This document shows, piece after piece, positions 40,693-48,718 of a stretch of DNA of 64,000 bases; position 1 is the stretch's first letter; each line of letters starts with the position of its first letter. The translations under genes were made by a program, and so were the position numbers. The stretch is taken from NCBI GenBank assembly GCA_963713615.1, contig CAVQMM010000001.1:3776001-3840000 (forward strand). Reading direction: 5' to 3'. A model generated the notes under the pieces. That model had not been told where the DNA came from. It saw nothing but the letters and a program-made list of their open reading frames with translations, and searched no databases. The stretch comes from an uncultured Chlamydiae bacterium. GTDB taxonomy: Bacteria > Chlamydiota > Chlamydiia > Chlamydiales > JAJFMA01.

Positions 40693-41125
40693 AGGTAATT
40701 GCAGAAGTCTCAAAAGGGTTGCCTTCATGAGGCCCTATTCTCTACCGCTGAGCGGTGACCTAAAGGTAGCCCGGGGTTGCTAGCGCTTCGCGCTTGAGCA
40801 CCCCTGGCTACCTTCAGGTCACCGCTCAGCGGTAGAGGATCGTTTGAGTGCTCCGGAATCGCCTTCTCGCAAAAAAAAGGTAACCTTTTTTCCCAAGAAT
40901 CGATTCTCAAGGCCTCAAATAATTTTGCAATTATCTCATTATGTCCATTCTAGCCAGAGCATAAATGGACTTTATGACGCTATGGACAGAAATGGACATT
41001 AATGGACTGCATGGACAAAATGAGATAATTGCCGAACCCACTCTTGGGCTTTCAAGAAGCAATGTTAGATTGGCAAACGGAAGCTGTTTCAACCGTTCTC
41101 GCAGTCGAGGAATGACTGCGCCACA
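40693..41125. repeat. Nested repeat mosaic: family-F ends, a 98-bp palindrome (40740-40837), an ATGGAC array with flanking IR (40927-41032) and a family-B REP (41100-41125)
   Basis: ctctaccgctgagcggtgacct...aggtcaccgctcagcggtagag; 40846-40937 resembles the reverse complement of 59907-59998. Confidence 0.75.
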
Positions 41126-41157
41126 GGGGAGCAGCTTTAGCTGGAGAAACTAGTTAA

Positions 41158-42096
41158 ATGACAATGAACGATCTGATCAATCGCCTACTGGATTTAAGCA
41201 TTGTCTTCTCTTTTGATCATTCCGGATTCAAACGCCACTGCCCTAATCCACGTGAGGTGGCCGATCTGTCGGGACGTCATGGAATCGTGACAGGAGCAGG
41301 CAGTGGCATTGGTTTGGCTGTCGCAAAAGCGCTTATTCAACAAGGAATGCACTGTCAGCTAGTAGGGCGGGATCTAGAAAAATTAGAAAATAGCTTTAAA
41401 TCTGATCAAGCCGCTTCCATTGCACAATGTCATTGTCTCGATATGGGCGATCTAAACAAGGTGCACTCTTTTGCAGTAGATGAAGTGAAAGCACCTACCG
41501 ATCTCCTTATTCACAATGCAGGGAACATGCCTGACACTCTCACAATCACCAAAGATGGGTTTGAGCAGATGTTCGCCTCTCAAGTCCTTGCTCCATTTAT
41601 TTTAACAAAGACTCTAGCTGATTTAGGCAAGCTTCGACGAGGTTGTCGCATCATCTTTGTTTCATCCGGTGGAATGTACCTACAAAAGCTTGATCTGTCA
41701 GATCTTCGTTTTGAAAAAAAACCATATAATAAATACACGGGCTATGCAAATGCAAAACGCGCTCAGGTAATTCTTTCGGAGCTGTTTTCGGAAAGATATC
41801 CGCAGTACTTATTCAGTGCTATGCATCCTGGTTGGGCAGATACCCCTGGAGTTCGTTACTCTATGCCACTCTTTAAAAAGTTGTTAAACAAGCGACTCCG
41901 TTCTGCGGAAGAAGGTGCTGATACAATCCTATGGCTTGCAACCACTCAGGGTTATCCAAATGGGAGATTCTGGTTTGACCGGAGACAAACGAAAACCACG
42001 ATTTTTAACTTAAACAAATCAAGCAAACAAGAAGACGAATTGCTGTGGAAGTACTGCGAATCGACTTTTGCTTCCATTGAGAGGCTATCCCCATGA
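41158..42096 (+). CDS. SDR-family oxidoreductase (DHRS12-like)
   Basis: TGAGSGIG, VSSGGMY, YANAKRAQV, MHPGWADTPGV. Confidence 0.92.
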   Translation: MTMNDLINRLLDLSIVFSFDHSGFKRHCPNPREVADLSGRHGIVTGAGSGIGLAVAKALIQQGMHCQLVGRDLEKLENSFKSDQAASIAQCHCLDMGDLNKVHSFAVDEVKAPTDLLIHNAGNMPDTLTITKDGFEQMFASQVLAPFILTKTLADLGKLRRGCRIIFVSSGGMYLQKLDLSDLRFEKKPYNKYTGYANAKRAQVILSELFSERYPQYLFSAMHPGWADTPGVRYSMPLFKKLLNKRLRSAEEGADTILWLATTQGYPNGRFWFDRRQTKTTIFNLNKSSKQEDELLWKYCESTFASIERLSP

Positions 42097-43017
42097 ATCT
42101 ATCATTGCTTAATAGTCTGTGCTATACAGCTGGTTGGTTTTGGTGTGTCCTTCTCGGTATTCATGATCACACCTTTTTAGCCTCAATCGGAGCTGTTTTT
42201 TTAATTTTATTTCAGCTCTATTGTACTAAAATTAATGATGTCGCTTTGTACATTCAAGACCTACTCTTAGTCATTTTTTCCATTCCCCTAGGAGGTCTTT
42301 TAGAATTTATTTTTATTCAAACAGGCCTTATTCATTATGTTAACACCACCAATATACTTCCTCCAATTTGGATTGTTTTTCTTTATCCGCTTTTTTCGCT
42401 TTTGCTCAACCATTCCTTAAAAATCATCAAAAAACACACCTTAGTATCTTTCCTATTTGGGCTTTTAGCGGCTCCTCTGAGTTATTTGGCGGGTATGTCT
42501 CTAGGAGGGTTAACTTTTCCGTATGCACTTATCCCAACATGGATCATGATCGGAATCTGCTGGGGTTTCTTCCTTTGCCTTCTTACCAAAATCGCGAATA
42601 TCTTTGAAAAAGCCACCGCAGAAACGTTAGAAGACCGTGATTCAAAAACGATGTTGGAGTTGTTGTATGATGGTGAATGCCCAATCTGTAAACGAGAAAT
42701 TTGTATCCTTCAAGAAAAAGACAGTCAAACAAGAATAGATTTCGTCAATATTTCTTCAGAGGAGTTTTCGCCAACTAAGCATCACAATATTGATTATAAC
42801 ACCGCAATGTCCCAAATTCACGCTATTGATAGTAAGGGAAATGTTTTAGTGGGTATAGCAGGCCTTCGCAGCTGTTTATGCGCGCTGTCAGCTACTCGTC
42901 ACCTCAACATTGCTACGCGTCCCTTTTATGAAGAGTATCCTTAAACCCCTGTACACACTATTTGCAAAAAAACGTCTTTGGATGACAGGAAGAACTCATA
43001 CCAACCTCAAAAAATAA
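42093..43017 (+). pseudogene. DUF2878 + DCC-family thiol-disulfide oxidoreductase fusion, frameshifted near 42860
   Basis: Membrane domain with PP.WI..L...F...LNHSL, then LYDGECPICKREI; the +1 frame continues AFAAVYA...LYTLFAKKRLWMTGR to TAA at 43015-43017. Confidence 0.75.
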
Positions 43018-43028
43018 CTGGGGGCCAG

Positions 43029-43508
43029 ATGAAACAAAAACAGTTGTGGATTTCGTTTGTTGTTTTTATCCTTCTTTGCTTTATTGTGGAGATCATTGGG
43101 GGTTTCTGGACAAGGGAAACCGTTTCGACATGGTATCCTACATTAGCCAAGCCTTCATGGACGCCACCGGATTGGGTTTTTGGGCCTGTTTGGACCTGTC
43201 TCTACATCATGATAGCTGTTTCTGGCTGGCTAATCTACCGAGCTGAATATTCGCATCAGCGGACGGTTGCATTGATGCTCTATGGTGTTCAATTCGCTCT
43301 GAATTTTATCTGGTCATTTCTCTTTTTCTCCTTACGCAGTCCTACCTTAGGATTGATCGATATCATCTTGCTTTGCTTATTCATCAGCCTAACGATCATT
43401 AAGGCTTGGTCGGTGCGGCCCATCGCTAGCCTTCTACTAGTTCCCTACTTGGTTTGGGTCCTCTATGCGACATCACTTAATGCTGGAATCTGGTTGCTGA
43501 ACAGATAA
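43029..43508 (+). CDS. tspO: TspO/MBR tryptophan-rich sensory protein
   Basis: WY..L.KPSWTPPDWVFGPVWT.LY, LNF.WS.LFF, LLVPYLVWV.YA..LN. Confidence 0.95.
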   Translation: MKQKQLWISFVVFILLCFIVEIIGGFWTRETVSTWYPTLAKPSWTPPDWVFGPVWTCLYIMIAVSGWLIYRAEYSHQRTVALMLYGVQFALNFIWSFLFFSLRSPTLGLIDIILLCLFISLTIIKAWSVRPIASLLLVPYLVWVLYATSLNAGIWLLNR

Positions 43509-43670
43509 ATGTGAAATCTCTTCGAGAGCTTTCATCTTGACTATTGGTAACCGTCCAAGGGCTCTGATATGCACGCATAAGGGGAGGTAACGGTGTCCCT
43601 CCTGTGAGCGTGCGTGATTTTGAAACAAGGTTGAGCGAAATTCGTGAGCAAACAACCAAGGAGGTTGCTC

Positions 43671-44039
43671 ATGAAAACTGCTACACTTTCGCTCGAACAA
43701 GTCGCTCAAGAATTTCATCGCGTTAGATCCCAAAAAAAGGGCCATCCACGCTTCTCCAAGGAGCTCTGGCAAGCTGCGTTCAATCTTACGATGACTTACT
43801 CTGTTGCTGAAATTGCATCTGCCATAGGCGTCTCTGTCCAGTACTTTAAGAAGCGCTTAGCGCGTGGAAAACAAACCATCCAAGATTTTGCTCAAGTACG
43901 CCCTCTACCTAGTGAATCCCATTCATTTGTTGAAATTACTCTTAAGCACCAAGCAGGGCCTCTTACTCTTCGCTGGACTGGGCCTGTTAAGGATCTGCCT
44001 GCCCTTATTAGTAAACTCTTTAGAGGGGAGTTCTCATGA
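43671..44039 (+). CDS. IS66 accessory protein TnpA-like (ORF-track start 43644)
   Basis: HTH-like ELWQAA......SVAEIASAIGVS; first ORF of the IS66 triad. Confidence 0.75.
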   Translation: MKTATLSLEQVAQEFHRVRSQKKGHPRFSKELWQAAFNLTMTYSVAEIASAIGVSVQYFKKRLARGKQTIQDFAQVRPLPSESHSFVEITLKHQAGPLTLRWTGPVKDLPALISKLFRGEFS

Positions 44040-44392
44040 TTCAAATCACCCCTCAAATGGTTATCTATGTTGCTATTGCTCCTGTTGACTTTCGTAAAGG
44101 AATCGATGGCCTTGCATCCTGTTGTAAACAAATCTTAGGCAAAGATCCCTTTGGTGGTGCGGTTTTTCTCTTTCGAAACCGGTCTGTCAACTCTCTAAAG
44201 GTTTTAGTGTACGATGGACAGGGGTTTTGGCTCTGCATTAAACGTCTTTCAAAGGGAAGGTTTTCTTGGTGGCCTAAACCAGCAAGTGGCGGTGTTGAAG
44301 TGATTTTGGAGGCTCGTGAGCTCCAAACACTTCTGTGGAATGGAGACCCGGGTCTTGCCTGTTTTTCAGATACATGGCGAAAAATTGGATGA
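44036..44392 (+). CDS. IS66 accessory protein TnpB
   Basis: PVDFRKGIDGL, FLFRNR....LKVLVYDGQGFWLC.KRL.KGRF.W. Confidence 0.95.
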   Translation: MIQITPQMVIYVAIAPVDFRKGIDGLASCCKQILGKDPFGGAVFLFRNRSVNSLKVLVYDGQGFWLCIKRLSKGRFSWWPKPASGGVEVILEARELQTLLWNGDPGLACFSDTWRKIG

Positions 44393-44434
44393 CAATATTG
44401 TTTTTTTATTTTCAAATAGATGCCCTGGGGATAG

Positions 44435-46048
44435 TTGAAGATGGTAAAGCGACCTAAACGCATAGATTTTACTACAGAAGAGATTGAATCCCTCATTCAG
44501 AGGATCGAGAGTCAATCCCTTGATGTAGACGATTTTCCCTTGCTTGCCGATCTTGTGAGGGCAATGATATGGATGGAGGGATCTCTTCGAGAGCAGTCTT
44601 TGAGTATTGCAAGGCTCAAAGCTGTATTCGGAATAAAGACGGAAAGCGCACAGAAGTTAAAGAATCTACTGCGACCAAAAAAAAATGGAAGCGAGAAAGG
44701 GAAGAACACTTCTGAGGATACTTCAAACGAGAAGCCTTCTGATGCAGGTCCGGCAAAAGGGCACGGGCATCGACCAGCAAGCGATTATCAAGAAGCGCAG
44801 CTCATAAAAGTAGCCCACGAGGTCCTTAAAAAGGGCTCTACCTGTCCTGCGTGTGATAAAGGCAAATTATTCAATCTGGCTGCCGGAACGGTGCTTCGCA
44901 TTGTGGGGCAACCCTGGTTAAATGTGCATATCTACAAACCTGAAAGACTTCGCTGTCCTATTTGCCAACAGGTGTTCACCGCTAGACTACCCGAAGAGCT
45001 CTACACTGGATCAAGAATCGATAAGTCAGCTAAGGCTATTGTCTCGATTCTTAAATATCGCGGTGGCATGCCTTTCTATCGTCAAGAGCAAATACAGACC
45101 ATTTTGGGCAACCCTATTTCAGATACGGAAATTTGGGGGATGACCCATGATGTTGCAGAGTGTATGGAGCCCGTTTTCATAGAACTTTGCCAACTCGCCG
45201 CCAACTGTGAATGCCTTCACAACGACGATACGATGGCAAGAGTGCTTAGCCTTATGAAGGAAAACGAAGTAGCCAATCCAGAAAGGAAGGGAATATTCAC
45301 AACAGGCATTCTTGGAAAAGCACACGACCAAGAGATCGCCTTGTTTTTTACTGGAAGACAGCACGCAGGAGAAAATTTAAAAGATCTTTTGGATATGCGT
45401 GACGAGACTCTTCCAGTACCGATACAAGCTTGTGACGCTTTGTCGAGGAACATTCCAAAGAACCATTCCACTCAACTAGCCTATTGTAATGCCCATGCAC
45501 GACGTAATTTTTATGAAATCGCGTCGTACTGGCCTAATGAGTGCGTTAATGTAGTCTCGTCGTTTGACTTAGTATTTCTGAACGACAAAATAGCAAAAAA
45601 AGAAAGCCTGACCCCTGAAGATAGGCTAAAGTGGCACCAAGACAAAAGTGCTCCGATCATGAACAAGATGAGAGCCTATTGCAAAGACCTTATAGACTCC
45701 AAGCAAATAGAGCCCAATAGCAGTTTTGGGAGGGCTATTCAGTATCTTGATAATCACTGGGAGGGGCTGACCCTGTTCTTACGTATTCCTGGAGTTCCAA
45801 TCTCAAACAATGACAACGAACGTCAACTCAAAAGAGCTGTCCTTAATCGTAAGAACGCCTATTTTTTCAAAAATGAAACTGGAGCCAAAATTGCTGATAT
45901 TCTGATGAGTGTCATCGAAACCTGCGCTCTAAATAAGATCAATCCCTATAACTATCTCATAACAATCCAAAAGAATACTGAAAGTGTTTTAGAGAATCCC
46001 AAGGCTTGGTTGCCCTGGAATTATTCACACAACCTTGCTCCTCCTTAA
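44435..46048 (+). CDS. IS66 DDE transposase TnpC
   Basis: CPAC/CPIC Zn finger, PFYRQE, LHNDDT, CNAHARRNF, SNNDNERQLK. Confidence 0.93.
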   Translation: MKMVKRPKRIDFTTEEIESLIQRIESQSLDVDDFPLLADLVRAMIWMEGSLREQSLSIARLKAVFGIKTESAQKLKNLLRPKKNGSEKGKNTSEDTSNEKPSDAGPAKGHGHRPASDYQEAQLIKVAHEVLKKGSTCPACDKGKLFNLAAGTVLRIVGQPWLNVHIYKPERLRCPICQQVFTARLPEELYTGSRIDKSAKAIVSILKYRGGMPFYRQEQIQTILGNPISDTEIWGMTHDVAECMEPVFIELCQLAANCECLHNDDTMARVLSLMKENEVANPERKGIFTTGILGKAHDQEIALFFTGRQHAGENLKDLLDMRDETLPVPIQACDALSRNIPKNHSTQLAYCNAHARRNFYEIASYWPNECVNVVSSFDLVFLNDKIAKKESLTPEDRLKWHQDKSAPIMNKMRAYCKDLIDSKQIEPNSSFGRAIQYLDNHWEGLTLFLRIPGVPISNNDNERQLKRAVLNRKNAYFFKNETGAKIADILMSVIETCALNKINPYNYLITIQKNTESVLENPKAWLPWNYSHNLAPP

Positions 46049-46461
46049 TGAGCGATCTCGCCAGCAATTTCTAACTCTTCCTCTTCCACATGATGGATCT
46101 TGGCCGTTAAGTCCTTTAAGATCTCCTCGACGAGTTCTTCCAGAATTTTTGCATACCGCAAAAATTCAGGCCAAAGCACCTCTTCCATCAAATTTTTAGA
46201 AATCATCACATGAGCTGTAGTGCGCTTTTGGCGTGCATATCGATAGGTTTTATAACCATGTTTGGAGCAGAGCGTTGCAAAGAGCCGTCTTTTCCATGGA
46301 CTATCCAGAGAGATCTTGTACTCGATGGGCCGACTGGTGTGTATATCGGAAATTCTGGCTAAGATTCGTTGCTTGGCAAGCTCGGCTGCGTGGCGTTCTC
46401 CCTCAGAGGAAGCACGTTGAAGGAGCGCCTCGACTTTAGCCAATTTATCCAGATAGGACAT
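46045..46461 (-). CDS. Hypothetical protein (DUF2786-like N-terminus), IS66 passenger
   Basis: KLAKVEALLQRASSEGERHAAELA; SD ggag upstream; lies inside the right TIR. Confidence 0.8.
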   Translation of the reverse strand: MSYLDKLAKVEALLQRASSEGERHAAELAKQRILARISDIHTSRPIEYKISLDSPWKRRLFATLCSKHGYKTYRYARQKRTTAHVMISKNLMEEVLWPEFLRYAKILEELVEEILKDLTAKIHHVEEEELEIAGEIAH

Positions 46462-46749
46462 GATACTCTCCTACGTTAATGAGGGGTATCATGCCATGGC
46501 GGAATATTTTATTTCACGCACGCTCACGGAAGGGACACGGTAACGACGCTAGCGTGAAAGAATCCGCGCCCGACCTAAAAACTGTGGCTTCCCACGTTGT
46601 CGATTTCGTTTCCTCCGAGCCCGAGCGCGCGTGCGCAGGCTATTACCCATAAGTAGTATTAGGATGCGCGTGCGTGCCTGGGCTCGGATTTCTTAAACGG
46701 TTGCCAGAAGCATAGAGGTAATTACCTCCCTAGGTCGTTTTTTTCTCAA

Positions 46750-46824
46750 TTGACATCATATTGCGTATACTTTAATATATTCAATATAGTTTGCTATATA
46801 TAATGTCTGATGTCAAAAAAATGA
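46750..46824. promoter_or_regulatory. Oppositely oriented sigma70-type promoters with a TetR-like operator copy
   Basis: Plus strand TTGACA-17-TAATAT; minus strand TTGACA-17-CAAACT; tattcaatatagtttgctata matches 26855-26875 at 20/21. Confidence 0.6.
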
Positions 46825-46841
46825 GAAAAGGAAATTGTTAC

Positions 46842-48191
46842 ATGGGACAAGATTCTCAAAAATCACTTCTCTTAGAGCTGACTCCTTGTGTAGAAGGACC
46901 GGTTTATCTTCCATGCAGCGAAGGTTATGCATCAGAAATTGCAGCCTACAATACCGCTGTTGTGCATACCCCGGAGATTGTTGTCGGTGCAGCGTCAGAC
47001 ACTGATATTGTCGAAACGGTGCGTTTAGCTCGGCGTTATGGTTATGCTGTCGCTGTGCAGAGTACCGGGCATGGAGCAATGGAAGCAATTACTGCAGGCG
47101 TGCTCATTTCTACTAGGCGCCTGGATCAAGTAAGTGTTGACGTTGATACATCTACAGCAACAATTGCTGCCGGGGTCAGATGGAACACAGTATTCGAAGC
47201 TGGAGCCCAACACGATTTAACCCCGATCGCAGGTTCTTCAAAGGACGTAGGAGTCGTAGGCTATATTTTGGGTGGAGGAGTGGGGCCACTTGCGCGCAGC
47301 CATGGGTTTAGTTCCGACTATCTGACTAGAATTACCCTCGTCACAAGCTCGGGCGAGCTTGTTAAAGCCAGTGTAACAGAAAATCCCGATTTGTTTTGGG
47401 CGTTGAGGGGAGGAAAAGTAGGTTTAGGCATTGTGACAGAAGTTCAGATGCGCCTCGTCAAATTAGATAGTCTGTATGCAGGATCGCTCACCTTCGAAGA
47501 AAAGGATATAGAGGCCGCACTGCGCGCTTGGGCAGATTGGACGAGGCAGGCCGATCCGCGCGTGACCACAAGCGTGGCGATTGTGTGTTTTCCTGCATTT
47601 GCCGCTATACCGGAAAAGTTTCGGGGGCGTCGTTTGCTGACACTCCGGTTTGCATTTCCGGGATCTGTGGATGAAGGTATCCGCTTAGCGGCTCCTCTTC
47701 GTGCCTGTGCGCCGGTCTATGTGGATATGTTAGGGGAATTGCCTCCATCTGAAATGGGACGAATCCACAATGACCCGAGCAATCCAATGCCTTTTTGGGC
47801 AAGTGGTGTATTGCTACATCATATCGATCAAGACGTGGTATCTGCAGTATTGGATGAAATGGGTGCGGGCAGAGATACGCTGTTTTCTGCGCTTGAGATC
47901 CGTCATATTGGAGGTGCTACCTGTCATGATGTGAAAGAAGGTTCAGCTGTTGGCGGCCGTTCAGCTGAATTTGTATTTAGCCTCGTTGGCAAGGGTCCAA
48001 AACAATTGGAGGAGGCATTTTCGACGAAAGCAGATCAGCTTTTTCATACTCTGCGTCGCTGGACTTCTGAAGAAGGTAACATCAATTTGATGGGAAAATC
48101 GATCTTGGGTAAGCATTTTACGCATATGTGGCCTCCTGAAATATTAAAAAAATTAAAAGAAGTTCAGAAAAGGTATTACTTTAATTCTTAA
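46842..48191 (+). CDS. FAD-binding oxidoreductase (BBE/GlcD-like)
   Basis: AVQSTGHG, VGVVGYILGGG.G.L.RSHG...D, NPDLFWALRGG..GLGIVT; SD aagga before the ATG at 46842. Confidence 0.92.
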   Translation: MGQDSQKSLLLELTPCVEGPVYLPCSEGYASEIAAYNTAVVHTPEIVVGAASDTDIVETVRLARRYGYAVAVQSTGHGAMEAITAGVLISTRRLDQVSVDVDTSTATIAAGVRWNTVFEAGAQHDLTPIAGSSKDVGVVGYILGGGVGPLARSHGFSSDYLTRITLVTSSGELVKASVTENPDLFWALRGGKVGLGIVTEVQMRLVKLDSLYAGSLTFEEKDIEAALRAWADWTRQADPRVTTSVAIVCFPAFAAIPEKFRGRRLLTLRFAFPGSVDEGIRLAAPLRACAPVYVDMLGELPPSEMGRIHNDPSNPMPFWASGVLLHHIDQDVVSAVLDEMGAGRDTLFSALEIRHIGGATCHDVKEGSAVGGRSAEFVFSLVGKGPKQLEEAFSTKADQLFHTLRRWTSEEGNINLMGKSILGKHFTHMWPPEILKKLKEVQKRYYFNS

Positions 48192-48302
48192 GCAAAGTCG
48201 TATGATTCCTGAGTGCTATAGAAGGTTGAAACGTGCTCTACTTCGAACCTTTTATGTAAGAAATATTAGTTCTTACAAAATATTGGTGTGTTTTTCAATA
48301 AA

Positions 48303-48559
48303 GCCCTCACAATCGTATCTCGGCGCGTAGCGCTTTGGAGCCCAAGCGATTGCGTCGTTAATATCCGAAAGTAATGAGGCTTCCTATGTGGCGCAGTCAT
48401 TCCATGACTGCGGATGGGCCTTCTCCTACATAACCTCATGAAAAGCAATCCGTTGCAAGCAAAACAACGTCCCATGTGAAGCAAACAGAAGTTGTTTCAA
48501 CTCGCAGTCATGGAATGACTGCGCCACATAGGAAATTGCGCCAGCCAACCTTTTGAGTC
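48303..48559. repeat. Family-C end (48303-48341) plus a family-B REPIN (inverted REPs at 48387-48412 and 48503-48528)
   Basis: tgtggcgcagtcattccatgactgcg ... cgcagtcatggaatgactgcgccaca; ends in ggaaattgcgccagccaaccttttgagtc, the reverse complement of 7199-7227. Confidence 0.85.
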
Positions 48560-48718
48560 GGTGATTTTCCGCTGCTCGCCAACCTTGTTAAAGCGATGGT
48601 TTGGATGGAGAGCAAGTGAAAATACAAAAACTCTGGTAAAATATTTTATTTTACCGTATGCCTTTCAACTTATGTTTTATACAGTTCTCTTTACCAAAAG
48701 CAAAAAGGGGTACCAAGG

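Larger units (their letters stand above)
43593..46538 (+). mobile_element. IS66-family element with a passenger gene
   Basis: 25-bp imperfect TIRs gtgtccctcctgtgagcgtgcgtga / tcacgcacgctcacggaagggacac; 7-bp direct repeat ggtaacg at 43586-43592 and 46539-46545. Confidence 0.88.
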
